From assembly GCA_964016885.1 (NCBI GenBank), contig OZ024759.1, positions 12,648,001-12,712,000 on the forward strand: DNA of 64,000 bases, given 5' to 3'. The stretch comes from Eledone cirrhosa. Taxonomy: Eukaryota. The notes under the pieces are model-generated. The model was given only the letters and a program-made list of their open reading frames with translations. It did not search any database and was not told the DNA's origin. The position numbers were made by a program, and so were the translations under genes. Positions 41,549-53,399 of this stretch are shown in pieces; positions within the stretch are counted from its first letter, which is position 1, and the number at the start of each line of letters is the position of its first letter.

Positions 41549-43113
41549 GTAAGGGATATGTAAAAGTAGGTTTGGCTGTTTTATTCTTTTAAATTGAGAG
41601 TTTATTCCTAGAAGATAGCTGCACTACCTTTTGTTCGTTTTAACCTTTTTCTTACCATTGTTTGATCCAAGGTAAAAAAAACTATCTATTTTATAGGGTT
41701 CCAATTTAATCCTTTTGATACCAAACTCAACTAAAACCAGCACTAGTTCTATAAAATGAAACCACACATTTTAAAAGGTTCATATTTATTTAAATTAAAA
41801 TCTTCAGACATAATTTTAATATAGGCACCATATACTAAGTTAGTAATCAAACAATTTATAATTGTAGTAAATATACACATCATCATCATCATCATCATCA
41901 TCGTTTAACATCTATCTTCCACGCTAGCATGGGTTAGACGGTATCATTTTTTTCATCATTTCATTTTACGTCCACTTTTCCCTGCTTGCAAGGGTGGGAC
42001 GGGAACTGATTCTGGCTTGATTTCTACAGCTGGATGCCCTTCCTAACACCAACCTCATTTACAGTGAGTGCTGGGTGCTTTTTTTGCCGTGGCACCTCCA
42101 CGACCACTTTGCAGTGGAATGATAGGGACTCAAGTCCATATCATCTCATTTCTACAGCTGAGTAAACTGGAGCAATGTGAAATAAAGTGTCTTGCTCAAG
42201 GAAACAACACATCACCCGGTCTGAGAATTGAACTCACAACCTTTCGATTGCAAGGCCAATGCTCTAACCACTAAGCCATGTGCCTCCACTATATATATAT
42301 TTTTTTCTCTTTTTACGTCCGCTTTTCCCTGCTTGCAAGGGTGGGACAGGAACTGATTCTGGCTTGATTTCTACAGCTGGATGCCCTTCCTAACACCAAC
42401 CTCATTTACAGTGAGTGCTGGGTGCTTTGTTGCCGTGATGCCTACACGTCCACTTTACAGCGTGGGCTGGGTGCTTTTTTGCTGCGGCACCTCCACGACC
42501 ACTTTACAGTGGAATGATAGGGACTGGGGTCCCTATCATCTCTTACTACAGCTGAGTAAACTGGAACAATGTGAAATAAAGTGTCTTGCTCAAGGAAACA
42601 AAACATCACCTGGTCTGAGAATTGAACTCACAACCTTCGATTGCAAGGCCAATACTCTAACCACTAAGCCATGTGCCTCCATATATATATATAGATAGAT
42701 ATTTAGATATCATCATCTTTGTTTTACATCCGGGCTGTCCTCTTATGAAGGATTAGGTCAGGGGACCGTGACTTCGCTCACACAGAACTAATTTTGGCTA
42801 GGTTTCTACGGCTGGATGCCCTTCCTAACGCCAATCTCATTTACAGTGTGAACTGGGCGTTTTTTGCCGTTACACCTACACGACCTCTTTACAGTGTGGA
42901 CTGGGTGCTCGCTTTTGTCGTGACACCTACATGATCATTATAATTTCATTATATATTATATATATATATATAGAGAGAGAGATCTGTATATATATATATA
43001 TATATTATAGAGAGAGAGAGATATGTGTATATAATAATAATAATAATGAAATTATTGTGTACAGTGCTCAGGTGCACTAGAACTCATCAAAGGTGCATGT
43101 ATAGTACATAGAA

Positions 43114-43302
43114 TAATTGTTTCTACTTTAGGCACAAGCCCAGCAATTACCCAGTGCATTACTGGTACTTTATTTTATCGACCCCGTAAGGATGAAAGGC
43201 AAAGTCAACCTCGGCAGGATTTGAACTCAGATCGTAAAGGGACGTAACTATGCTGGAAAGCATGGCGTCCGACCCTCTACCGATACTGCCAATCCACCGC
43301 CC
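43114..43302 (-). mobile_element. Full-length Meta-type SINE inserted in a CR1-like 3' UTR, with 16-bp TSD
   Basis: TAGTACATAGAATAAT at 43102-43117 and 43303-43318. Confidence 0.9.
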
Positions 43303-43896
43303 TAGTACATAGAATAATACACAAATGTCAGGGAAGTGAATAGTGTATGAGTCATGATATACATGTGTGTATGTGTATGGAGGGGGAACATTAGGTGTAG
43401 TGTTGGCGGATCTCGGGAAGCATGGAGGCCTTAAAGGATGCAGAGTCTCGACAGCTAACAACTGATGCAGGTAGTTTGTTCCATGCTTCAGCAACTCTGA
43501 AAGTGAAAAAATGTTTCCGAAAGTCATGGGAACTGTGCTGTTTTCAGACTTTGTGGGCATGCCCACGAGTGTTAGACACATGGAAATCAAAAAGGTACTC
43601 AGGGTTGTTGTTGGCAAGATGGTTAACAATTTTGTGGTTGTTTACCAAGTCAGTTGCCAGGCGTTGGAGCTTCAATGTATCCATGCCCAAGGAAGCAAGG
43701 CGCTCAGAGTATGGTAGATGCCTGATGGAGGGTATTCGCTTGGTTGCACGTCTCTGAACAGTTTCCAGGCGGTCAATGTTCTGAGCAAGATAGGGGTTCC
43801 AGACTGATATATATATGGAGAGAGATGTATGTATGTATGTATAGCAGTTCTCTGTCTCATAGTTGATGTCACTATCTCTGCTCTATTAAACTATAG

Positions 43897-44068
43897 AAAA
43901 GCTCATACTCTGTAGATCGTCCAACAACTCAGGACAACTTCATTAATGCTGAAGTGGCTGAGAGAAGTATTAAAGATGTCATTTTTCACCATTGGAAATC
44001 TATTTTGAGAAACTGTCAGAAGGTGGATGTAAAAACCACTGGATTGATTGCACAGAAGAAGTTTAAAG
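43897..44068 (+). CDS. EFCAB6: EFCAB6-like exon (phase 0/1): KSSYSVDRP...HWKSILRNCQKVDVKTTGLIAQKKFK
   Basis: ctatag acceptor, G|gttcgt donor; W..I...C...D....G.I....F EF-hand motif; phase fits the next exon. Confidence 0.8.
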
Positions 44069-44227
44069 GTTCGTACATGTTGGGATTATTTCATTTGAGT
44101 TAATTAACTAATTAATAAGGATTTTAAATGTTGGTAGAGGGCTGGTAATTCTGTTGGAAGGAGAAAGTGGATAGTATCAAACCCATTATTTGTCTGGTAC
44201 TTGACCCCCAGAAGGATGATATGGGAA

Positions 44228-44632
44228 GAGATGGTTGGGTCATGTGTTGAGGAAGGGTGGAAGTGACTGGGTGAGAGGAATAGAGTCAGTGATGGTTGTT
44301 GTGAAGAGAAATGGAATGAGATGGTTGAGTCATGTGTTGAGGAAGGGTGGAAGTGACTGGGTGAGAGGAATAGAGTCAGTGATGGTTGTTGTGAAGAGAA
44401 ATGGAATGAGATGGTTGGGTCATGTGTTGAGGAAGGGTGGAAGTGACTGGGTGAGAGGAATAGAGTCAGTGATGGTTGTTGTGAAGATAAATGGAATGAG
44501 ATGGTTAGGTCATGTGTTGAGGAAGGGTGGAAGTGACTGGGTGAGAGGAATAGAGTCAGTGATGGTTGTTGTGAAGAGAAATGGAATGAGATGGTTAGGT
44601 CATGTGTTGAGGAAGGGTGGAAGTGGCTGGGG
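44228..44632 (+). repeat. 90-bp in-frame minisatellite, ~4.5 copies, from an RTE C-terminal coding segment
   Basis: unit encodes RWLGHVLRK...WVR; followed by VEGSRGRGRPRKTWD. Confidence 0.9.
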
Positions 44633-45224
44633 TGGGAGACGATGGAAATGAATGTGGAAGGAAGTAGAGGAAGGGGAAGACCAAGAAAGACTTGGGACTA
44701 AAGGGGAAGAAATGAGAACAATACCTTAACATCAGTATGAGTGGCCAGTTACAGCCAGTTTGAACAGAAAGAGGTGAGAGAATTCTGGCCGGTTTAAATG
44801 CTAAAAGGTGAATGGTTAGTTTGTTTGGCTAATGTCTGTAAGGTTATGAGTTTGATTCCCAGTGGTGTACAGTGTACTTGAGCCCAATACTAGCCCTAGT
44901 CCACTCAGCTATAAAGAAATAAGGTGTACTTGTGATTGAAAAAGCTCGCGTTGTCATATTTGCTGGTCAGCTGAAAATTTCAGAGTCTGACTAAGATACT
45001 CTCATGGAATGACCAAATGAGGTTTATATTTCAACACAGCCATTCGATTGAAACAATGTAGTTATTAATAAGAAGAGTTAAAATTAATGCATGCAAGATT
45101 TCACAGCTCTAGCATCAATCCTTCATAGTTAGACTATGAAGTTTTCAGCTGAACCTCATTTACGTTAAAGATATATGTTTGATTTATTGTTCTTTGTTTT
45201 GTTTTTTTGTGTTCCTTACTTTAG

Positions 45225-45412
45225 AAATCTTGTTGAATTTTGGGAAAAATATTCAAGTTGATGAATTCATAACATTGTGCAATAAATTTGACCCCCAAGG
45301 CAATGACACTGTGGCCTACAGAGAAATGATTCGTTATTTTATATTGGATTTGAAACCTATGAAGCCAGTTTTACCTCAAAGGAAACTTCTTTATGACCAA
45401 AACATGGATAAG
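45225..45412 (+). CDS. EFCAB6: EFCAB6-like exon (phase 1/0): EILLNFG...KFDPQGNDTVAYREMIRYF...NMDK
   Basis: long T tract plus ttag acceptor, AAG|gtacgt donor; EF-hand-like loop. Confidence 0.85.
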
Positions 45413-45801
45413 GTACGTAACAGTTATTGCTGTCACGGTCGTGTGTCATCACCTTTGAGATATATATCATCATCATCATCATTTCATTTTTACGTCCACT
45501 TTTTCCCTGCTTGCAAGGGTGGGATGGGGACTGATTCTGGCTTGATTTCTACAGCTGGATGCCCTTCCTAACACCAACCTCATTTACAGTGAGTGCTGGG
45601 TGCTTTTTTGCCGTGGCACCTCCACGACCACTTTGCAGTGGAATGATAGGGACCCCAGTCCTATCATCTCATTTCTACAGCTGAGTAAACTGGAGCAATG
45701 TGAAATAAAGTGTCTTGCTCAAGGAAACAACACATCACCCGGTCTGAGAATTGAACTCACAACCTTTCGATTGCAAGGCCAATGCTCTAACCACTAAGCC
45801 A

Positions 45802-46017
<216 letters not shown>

Positions 46018-46087
46018 CAGAAAACAATAACAAAGAGTGCAGTACAAAGTGTTAGTATTAGGTACACGCTTGAGAGTGGGGGCGGGG

Positions 46088-46118
46088 GACGACGTTTCGG
46101 GCTTAAGCCCTTCGTCAG
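46088..46118 (-). ncRNA. Minimal hammerhead ribozyme motif (Penelope pLTR relic)
   Basis: - strand CTGACGA-A-GGGC-TTAA-GCCC-GAAAC-GTC: intact core and helix II, weak helix I. Confidence 0.6.
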
Positions 46119-46216
46119 GAGATAAGTGGGAAAGAAAAGAGTTCCGAGGGTGTGAGGGGGAGTGGTGGAAAGACATTCAGGTTACATGTACCTCTTGACC
46201 AGGATTGAACCCAAGG

Positions 46217-46250
<34 letters not shown>

Positions 46251-46469
46251 ATATGAGAGACGTAAAATAAGAAAATTATAAAATTAACTTACTTACTAAA
46301 AAATCACTTCCAACTAATTAGTTTCTGGAATGGAGTAAATATATTTTCCGAAGAAACATATAGAAAATCATTCCGTCATCAGGAAAGTCTTTTTCCGTGT
46401 AAGTCTCCAGGCATATTTGCTAGCATTGATATGCATCTGTGTGTATATAAATGTTACTAGATATAAATT

Positions 46470-46518
<49 letters not shown>

Positions 46519-47005
46519 TATATATATAATTAATACATATAAACAGAGTAAGCCTTAAGCGATACTCTGACCAACTCTATCTCACTCAACAAACATTAGG
46601 ATATACCTAAGTATTATCCCAATTTAGTATTTGGGGTGCTAACTAAACAGTATTTTGTGGATAGCTGGTTGTATTATTTTATATGAGACATAATTAAATA
46701 AATATCTCTTTCCTTCCAGACGATCGTTTCGTTATAAGATTTCTACAATTTGGGATAAATAATGTCCAGGTTATGTAGAAACTTGTATATAATCCATAGT
46801 TTTATACACAAGCAGGCTCTTAAAAACTCATCAGTGGATGCCCAAATAATATCGATATAAGAATTAAATCGACATTAATAGAATGGTGATGGTCTCCCTC
46901 AGCGCTAAGAAGAGACTGGTAGATTAGAAAATCCAGCAGTCCTCCCAAAGATAAAATACACCCTGTCCCCAAAAGGGTAAAGGGAGGTCACCTTAAAATA
47001 AAACA

Positions 47006-47053
<48 letters not shown>

Positions 47054-47206
47054 CTATGTCTATCTGACTTAGGATAAGACACTGTGTCATTGCATGTCGT
47101 AAGAAGTGACTGAAATGATTGGTGTCCGGCAGGGCATCAATATGTAAAATATTGCCTGAAAAAATCCCATTCAACCTATGGAAGAGTTCACATTAAAACC
47201 ATGATG

Positions 47207-50200
47207 ATGATGGTGGTTATATATCACTGGTCAGTCTATATTTATCTTCTACTTTGATCTGGGACCACTGACCACTGGTCTGTCCAATGATGGTGGTGGT
47301 TATATATCTCACTGGTCAGTCTATATTTAACTTCTACTTTGTTCTGGGACCACTGACCACTGGTCTGGCCAATGATGGTGGTGGTTATATATCTCACTGG
47401 TCAGTCTATATTTATCTTCTACTTTGATCTGAGACCACTGACCACTGGTCTGTCCAATGATGGTGGTGGTTATATATCTCACTGGTCAGTCTATATTTAT
47501 CTTCTACTTTGATCTGGGACCACTGGTCACTGGTCTGTCCAATGGTGGTGGTGGTTATATATCACTGGTCAGTCTAAATTTAACTTCTACTTTGATCTGG
47601 GACCACTGACCACTGGTCTGTCCAATGATGGTGGTGGTTATATATCTCACTGGTCAGTCTATATTTATCTTCTACTTTGATCTGGGACCACTGGTCACTG
47701 GTCTGTCCAATGGTGGTGGTGGTTATATATCACTGGTCAGTCTAAATTTAACTTCTACTTTGATCTGGGACCACTGACCACTGGTCTGTCCAATGATGGT
47801 GGTGGTTATATATCACTGGTCAGTCTATATTTATCTTCTACTTTGATCTGAGACCACTGACCACTGGTCTGTCCAATGATGGTGGTGGTTATATATCTCA
47901 CTGGTCAGTCTATATTTAACTTCTACTTTGATCTGGGACCACTGACCACTGGTCTGTCCAATGATGGTGGTGGTTATATATCTGACTGGTCAGTCTATAT
48001 TTATCTTCTACTTTGATCTGGGACCACTGGTCAATGGTCTGTCCAATGATGGTGGTGGTTATATATCTCACTGGTCAGTCTAAATTTAACTTCTACTTTG
48101 ATCTGGGACCACTGACCACTGGTCTGTCCAATGATGGTGGTGGTTATATATCTGACTGGTCAGTTTAAATTTAACTTCTACTTTGATCTGGGACCACTGA
48201 CCACTGGTCTGTCCAATGATGGTGGTGGTTATATATCTCACTGGTCACTCTATATTTAACTTTTACTTTGATCTGGGACCACTGACCACTGGTCTGTCCA
48301 ATGATGGTGGTGGTTATATATCTCACTGGTCAGTCTATATTTATCTTCTACTTTGATCTGGGACCACTGACCACTGGTCTGTCCAATGATGGTGGTGGTT
48401 ATATATCTCACTGGTCACTCTATATTTAACTTTTACTTTGATCTGGGACCACTGACCACTGGTCTGTCCAATGATGGTGGTGGTTATATATCTCACTGGT
48501 CAGTCTATATTTATCTTCTACTTTGATCTGGGACCACTGGTCACTGGTCTGTCCAATGATGGTGGTGGTTATATATCTCACTGGTCAGTCTATATTTATC
48601 TTCTACTTTGATCTGAGACCACTGACCACTGGTCTGTCCAATGATGATGGTGGTTATATATCTCACTGGTCAGTCTATATTTAACTTCTACTTTGATCTG
48701 GGACCACTGACCACTGGTCTGTCCAATGATGGTGGTGGTTATATATCTGACTGGTCAGTCTATATTTATCTTCTACTTTGATCTGGGACCACTGGTCACT
48801 GGTCTGTCCAATGATGGTGGTGGTTATATATCTCACTGGTCAGTCTAAATTTAACTTCTACTTTGATCTGGGACCACTGACCACTGGTCTGTCCAATGAT
48901 GGTGGTGGTTATATATCTGACTGGTCAGTCTAAATTTAACTTCTACTTTGATCTGGGACCACTGACCACTGGTCTGTCCAATGATGGTGGTGGTTATATA
49001 TCTCACTGGTCACTCTATATTTAACTTTTACTTTGATCTGGGACCACTGACCACTGGTCTGTCCAATGATGGTGGTGGTTATATATCTCACTGGTCAGTC
49101 TATATTTATCTTCTACTTTGATCTGGGACCACTGACCACTGGTCTGTCCAATGATGGTGGTGGTTATATATCTCACTGGTCAGTCTATATTTATCTTCTA
49201 CTTTGATCTGGGACCACTGGTCACTGGTCTGTCCAATGATGGTGGTGGTTATATATCTCACTGGTCAGTCTATATTTATCTTCTACTTTGATCTGAGACC
49301 ACTGACCACTGGTCTGTCCAATGATGATGGTGGTTATATATCTCACTGGTCAGTCTATATTTAACTTCTACTTTGATCTGGGACCACTGACCACTGGTCT
49401 GTCCAATGATGGTGGTGGTTATATATCTGACTGGTCAGTCTATATTTATCTTCTACTTTGATCTGGGACCACTGGTCACTGGTCTGTCCAATGATGGTGG
49501 TGGTTATATATCTCACTGGTCAGTCTAAATTTAACTTCTACTTTGATCTGGGACCACTGACCACTGGTCTGTCCAATGATGGTGGTGGTTATATATCTGA
49601 CTGGTCAGTCTAAATTTAACTTCTACTTTGATCTGGGACCACTGACCACTGGTCTGTCCAATGATGGTGGTGGTTATATATCTCACTGGTCACTCTATAT
49701 TTAACTTTTACTTTGATCTGGGACCACTGACCACTGGTCTGTCCAATGATGGTGGTGGTTATATATCTCACTGGTCAGTCTATATTTATCTTCTACTTTG
49801 ATCTGGGACCACTGACCACTGGTCTGTCCAATGATGGTGGTGGTTATATATCTCACTGGTCAGTCTATATTTATCTTCTACTTTGATCTGGGACCACTGG
49901 TCACTGGTCTGTCCAATGATGGTGGTGGTTATATATCTCACTGGTCAGTCTATATTTATCTTCTACTTTGATCTGGGACCACTGGTCACTGGTCTGTCCA
50001 ATGATGGTGGTGGTTATATATCTCACTGGTCAGTCTATATTTATCTTCTACTTTGATCTGGGACCACTGACCACTGGTCTGTCCAATGATGGTGGTGGTT
50101 ATATATCTCACTGGTCAGTCTATATTTATCTTCTACTTTGATCTGGGACCACTGACCACTGGTCTGTCCAATGATGGTGGTGGTTATATATCTCACTGGT

Positions 50201-50507
50201 CAGTCTATATTTATCTTCTACTTTGATCTGGGACCACTGACCACTGGTCTGTCCAATGATGGTGGTGGTTATATATCTCACTGGTCAGTCTATATTTATC
50301 TTCTACTTTGATCTGGGACCACTGACCACTGGTCTGTCCAATGATGGTGGTGGTTATATATCTCACTGGTCAGTCTATATTTAACTTCTACTTTGATCTG
50401 GGACCACTGACCACTGGTCTGTCCAATGATGGTGGTGGTGGTTATATATCTCACTGGTCAGTCTATATTTAACTTCTACTTTGATCTGGGACCACTGACC
50501 ACTGGTT
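47207..50507 (+). repeat. 85-bp minisatellite, ~39 copies, homologous to the adjacent intron/last-exon junction
   Basis: period 85; unit aligns with 50519-50605. Confidence 0.95.
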
Positions 50508-50568
50508 TGTAAAATAAAGGTAGGTTTATAAATGTCTCACTGGTCACTCTATATTATTTATCTTCCAG

Positions 50569-50847
50569 TTTGTTCCTGGGCCACTGGCCACTGGTCTCTC
50601 CAATGCAATGTTGAGAATATACCCCTGTGTAACGAAACATTGGAAAACGATGCGCAGGAACTTCTTAAGGGTTGATGCCCAGAAATCCGGGTTCATTGAT
50701 GCTACAAGTTTCCGACAGATACTTCGAAGTTACAACATTAACCTAACAGAAGACGAATTCCACAGCATCGTTACATATTATGATAAAGATTTCCATGGAG
50801 AAATAGATTATAATATCTTTCTGAAAGCCTTCCTCAAACATATTTGA
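50569..50847 (+). CDS. EFCAB6: EFCAB6-like terminal coding exon: [19 protein letters not shown]...[23 protein letters not shown]
   Basis: tcttccag acceptor, TGA stop; C-terminal EF-hand pair (W..MRR.F...D...G.I....FR..L..Y.INL.E.EF..I..YYDK.....I.YN.FL.AFL) closely resembles the EFCAB6 C-terminus as I recall it; no database search was run. Confidence 0.9.
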   Translation, partial: FVPGPLATGLSNAMLRIYPCVTKHWKTMRRNFLRVDAQKSGFIDATSFRQILRSYNINLTEDEFHSIVTYYDKDFHGEIDYNIFLKAFLKHI

Positions 50848-50883
50848 AATAATGGATATCGTTAACAAAATCACTTTATATAC

Positions 50884-50925
<42 letters not shown>

Positions 50926-50973
50926 ATATATATATATATGTATATATCTCTCTATATATATATGTATATATAT

Positions 50974-51006
<33 letters not shown>

Positions 51007-51617
51007 CATATGTATATATATATATATATATATGTGTGTGTATATATATATGTATATATCTCTATATATATATATATGTATATATATAGATAGATATATA
51101 TAGATATATGTATGTATGTATATGTGTATGTATGTATTTTAAATTATTGATAAAAGCTATTAAAATCTAATTAATTATGTTTTTCATTATTCATTGGTTC
51201 AGTATTGGTGGTTGTGTTGATGGTGTGTAGTGGTTGTGTTGGTGGTGTAGTGGTGTGTAGTGGTTGTAGTGGTTGTAGTGGTTGCTGTGGTTGTGTTGGT
51301 GGTGTAGTTTTTGTAGTGGTTGCTGTGGTTTTGTTGGTGGTGTGTGGTGGTTGTAGTGGTTGCTGTGGTTGTGTTGGTGGTGTGTAGTGGTTGCTGTGGT
51401 TGTGTTGGTGGTGTAGTTTTTGTAGTGGTTGCTGTGGTTTTGTTGGTGGTGTGTGGTGGTTGTAGTGGTTGCTGTGGTTGTGTTGGTGGTGTGTAGTGGT
51501 TGCTGTGGTTGTGTTGGTGGTGTAGTTTTTGTAGTGGTTGCTGTGGTTTTGTTGAGTACATTTCATCATATTTGTGCATTTAGTTTTTGTATGTGTATGT
51601 CTGTATATATATATATA

Positions 51618-52229
51618 TATAATACATTATAAAGAAAGAAGAAACATTAGACATAAATAAAAATATATATAAATACCCAATATTCCCCTACATTCTCGAC
51701 TGCGCAGTTTCGTGGCTTCTTTGCAAAAACACTACATCATAGAGATGCAGTATTTCTGTGAGGTTTGTCAACTTATCAAGAGGACACCTCATTTAAAGTT
51801 TCAAAATACGTCTGCAAGGCGCGAGAGAGAACCTGGAAAGGCGGAGGGGGGACTTATCACATGATACAGTGGTCAAGAAACAGAGTTATGCCTCTTACAA
51901 CCAAGAGAAAAATACCACAATGGCGGAGGGGTGGGGTAATATCTGGGCTACAGACGAGGTGGCTAAGGAGGGCTAGAAGTGTAAATAGTGTAAGCTTGAC
52001 AGCAGTCACTATACTTCAGTGGTTACTCTACCGTAGGGAGTTATAGACTTTAAATGAAGTGTTCTCTTGATAAGTTGGCAAACCTCACAGAAATACTGCA
52101 TCTCTATGATGTAGTGTTTTTGCAAAGTAGCCACGAAACTGCGCAGTCGAGATTGTAGAGGAATATTGGGTATTTATATTTTTTTTTTACTTATGTCTAA
52201 TGTTTCTTCTTTCTTTATAATGTATTATA
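51618..52229. repeat. Inverted repeat: ~182-bp arms, ~247-bp spacer, hammerhead-like motif in the arms
   Basis: 51618-51799 is the reverse complement of 52047-52229. Confidence 0.9.
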
Positions 52230-52406
52230 CAGCTCTGATATAGAGTCAATCTAATTCATTCAGATTATTTTGTCCCTATTAATCATAGAGCAACAATGGT
52301 TAAGGTTGGCACCACACAAATTCAGTGATATATGTGGGTATATGCATGTATTCGCATGTGTCTGTGTATTTCTTTATATTGTATATATATATATATATAT
52401 ATATAG

Positions 52407-52615
52407 ATAGAATTCACAAGAATCAAAGCTATGTTCAAAGCATTTATTCACTTACAATTGTTTCATCCAAACCTAGGCTTGGAGTCTTCGGAGCATTTTT
52501 CAATGCTTGTACAATGCATTGAAAAATGCTTCGAAGACTCCAAGCCTAGGTTTGGATGAAACAATTGTAAGTGAATAAATGCTTTGAACATAGCTTTGAT
52601 TCTTGTGAATTCTAT
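52407..52615. repeat. ~209-bp near-perfect palindrome with a hammerhead-like motif
   Basis: arms complementary about TTGTACAA (~52511). Confidence 0.95.
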
Positions 52616-53399
52616 ATAACTGCTCTGTAGAACAACTGATGTTATTACATTGAGCTATTTATCTTACTGGTAATAAGGTAGTAATAAATTACTGACCTTC
52701 CCTGTTTATAGTTTAAAATATACATAACTATAAATAGCATCCTTAATATTATATATATATATATATGTATTTTTTTAAAACTTTTAAATCTTTTAACCCT
52801 TTAACATTTACATTACTCTATATATACTATTGTATTTTTGTGGTAAAAGCTTTATCTCACATAATATCAAATCTACGAGATTTTGATATTATTTATTTTG
52901 AGAACAATACCTTAACATCAGTATGAGTGACCAGTTACAGCCAGTTTGAACAGAAAAAAGATGTGAAAATTCTGGCCAGATACAGCCAGTTTAAATGCTA
53001 AAGGGTTAAATCTTTCGTCTCTTTTATATCCTCAGGTGTCTATCTGCATGTGTGTGCTTTTGTATATACATTTTAATTCTTTTAAAATAGGGTGTGCACA
53101 TGTGCGCGGGGACAGGAAATACCTGGGTTGGCGTCCAGGCGCGCAGAAAGCCCGCTGGTAGTGAGATGCCCCCTTAGATGTTGTCACAACATTTCTCGAG
53201 GAGAGGGAAACTCCGAATAAACACCTGATGTTGACCAGTTCTTCTTTTCGGTACATGCTCTCCATGCTCAGAGACTGGGATTAGTTCTGTGCAAGGCTTT
53301 TCTTCACTTAAAAAATTTCAAGCAAAGGCATCGCCTAATTGATTTGAACAAATAATTTGTTGCATTGTGGCTGGCTGTAGCCAAAATAGGTAAAAATAT

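Noticed and set aside
43911-43916. Alternative acceptor TGTAG at 43915
   Set aside because: Out of frame with the upstream phase-0 exon; 43897 keeps the frame.
51150-51665. Poly(A) signal of the EFCAB6-like gene
   Set aside because: ATTAAA (~51159) and AATAAA (~51656) are both candidates in AT-rich repeat sequence; I cannot choose without transcript data.
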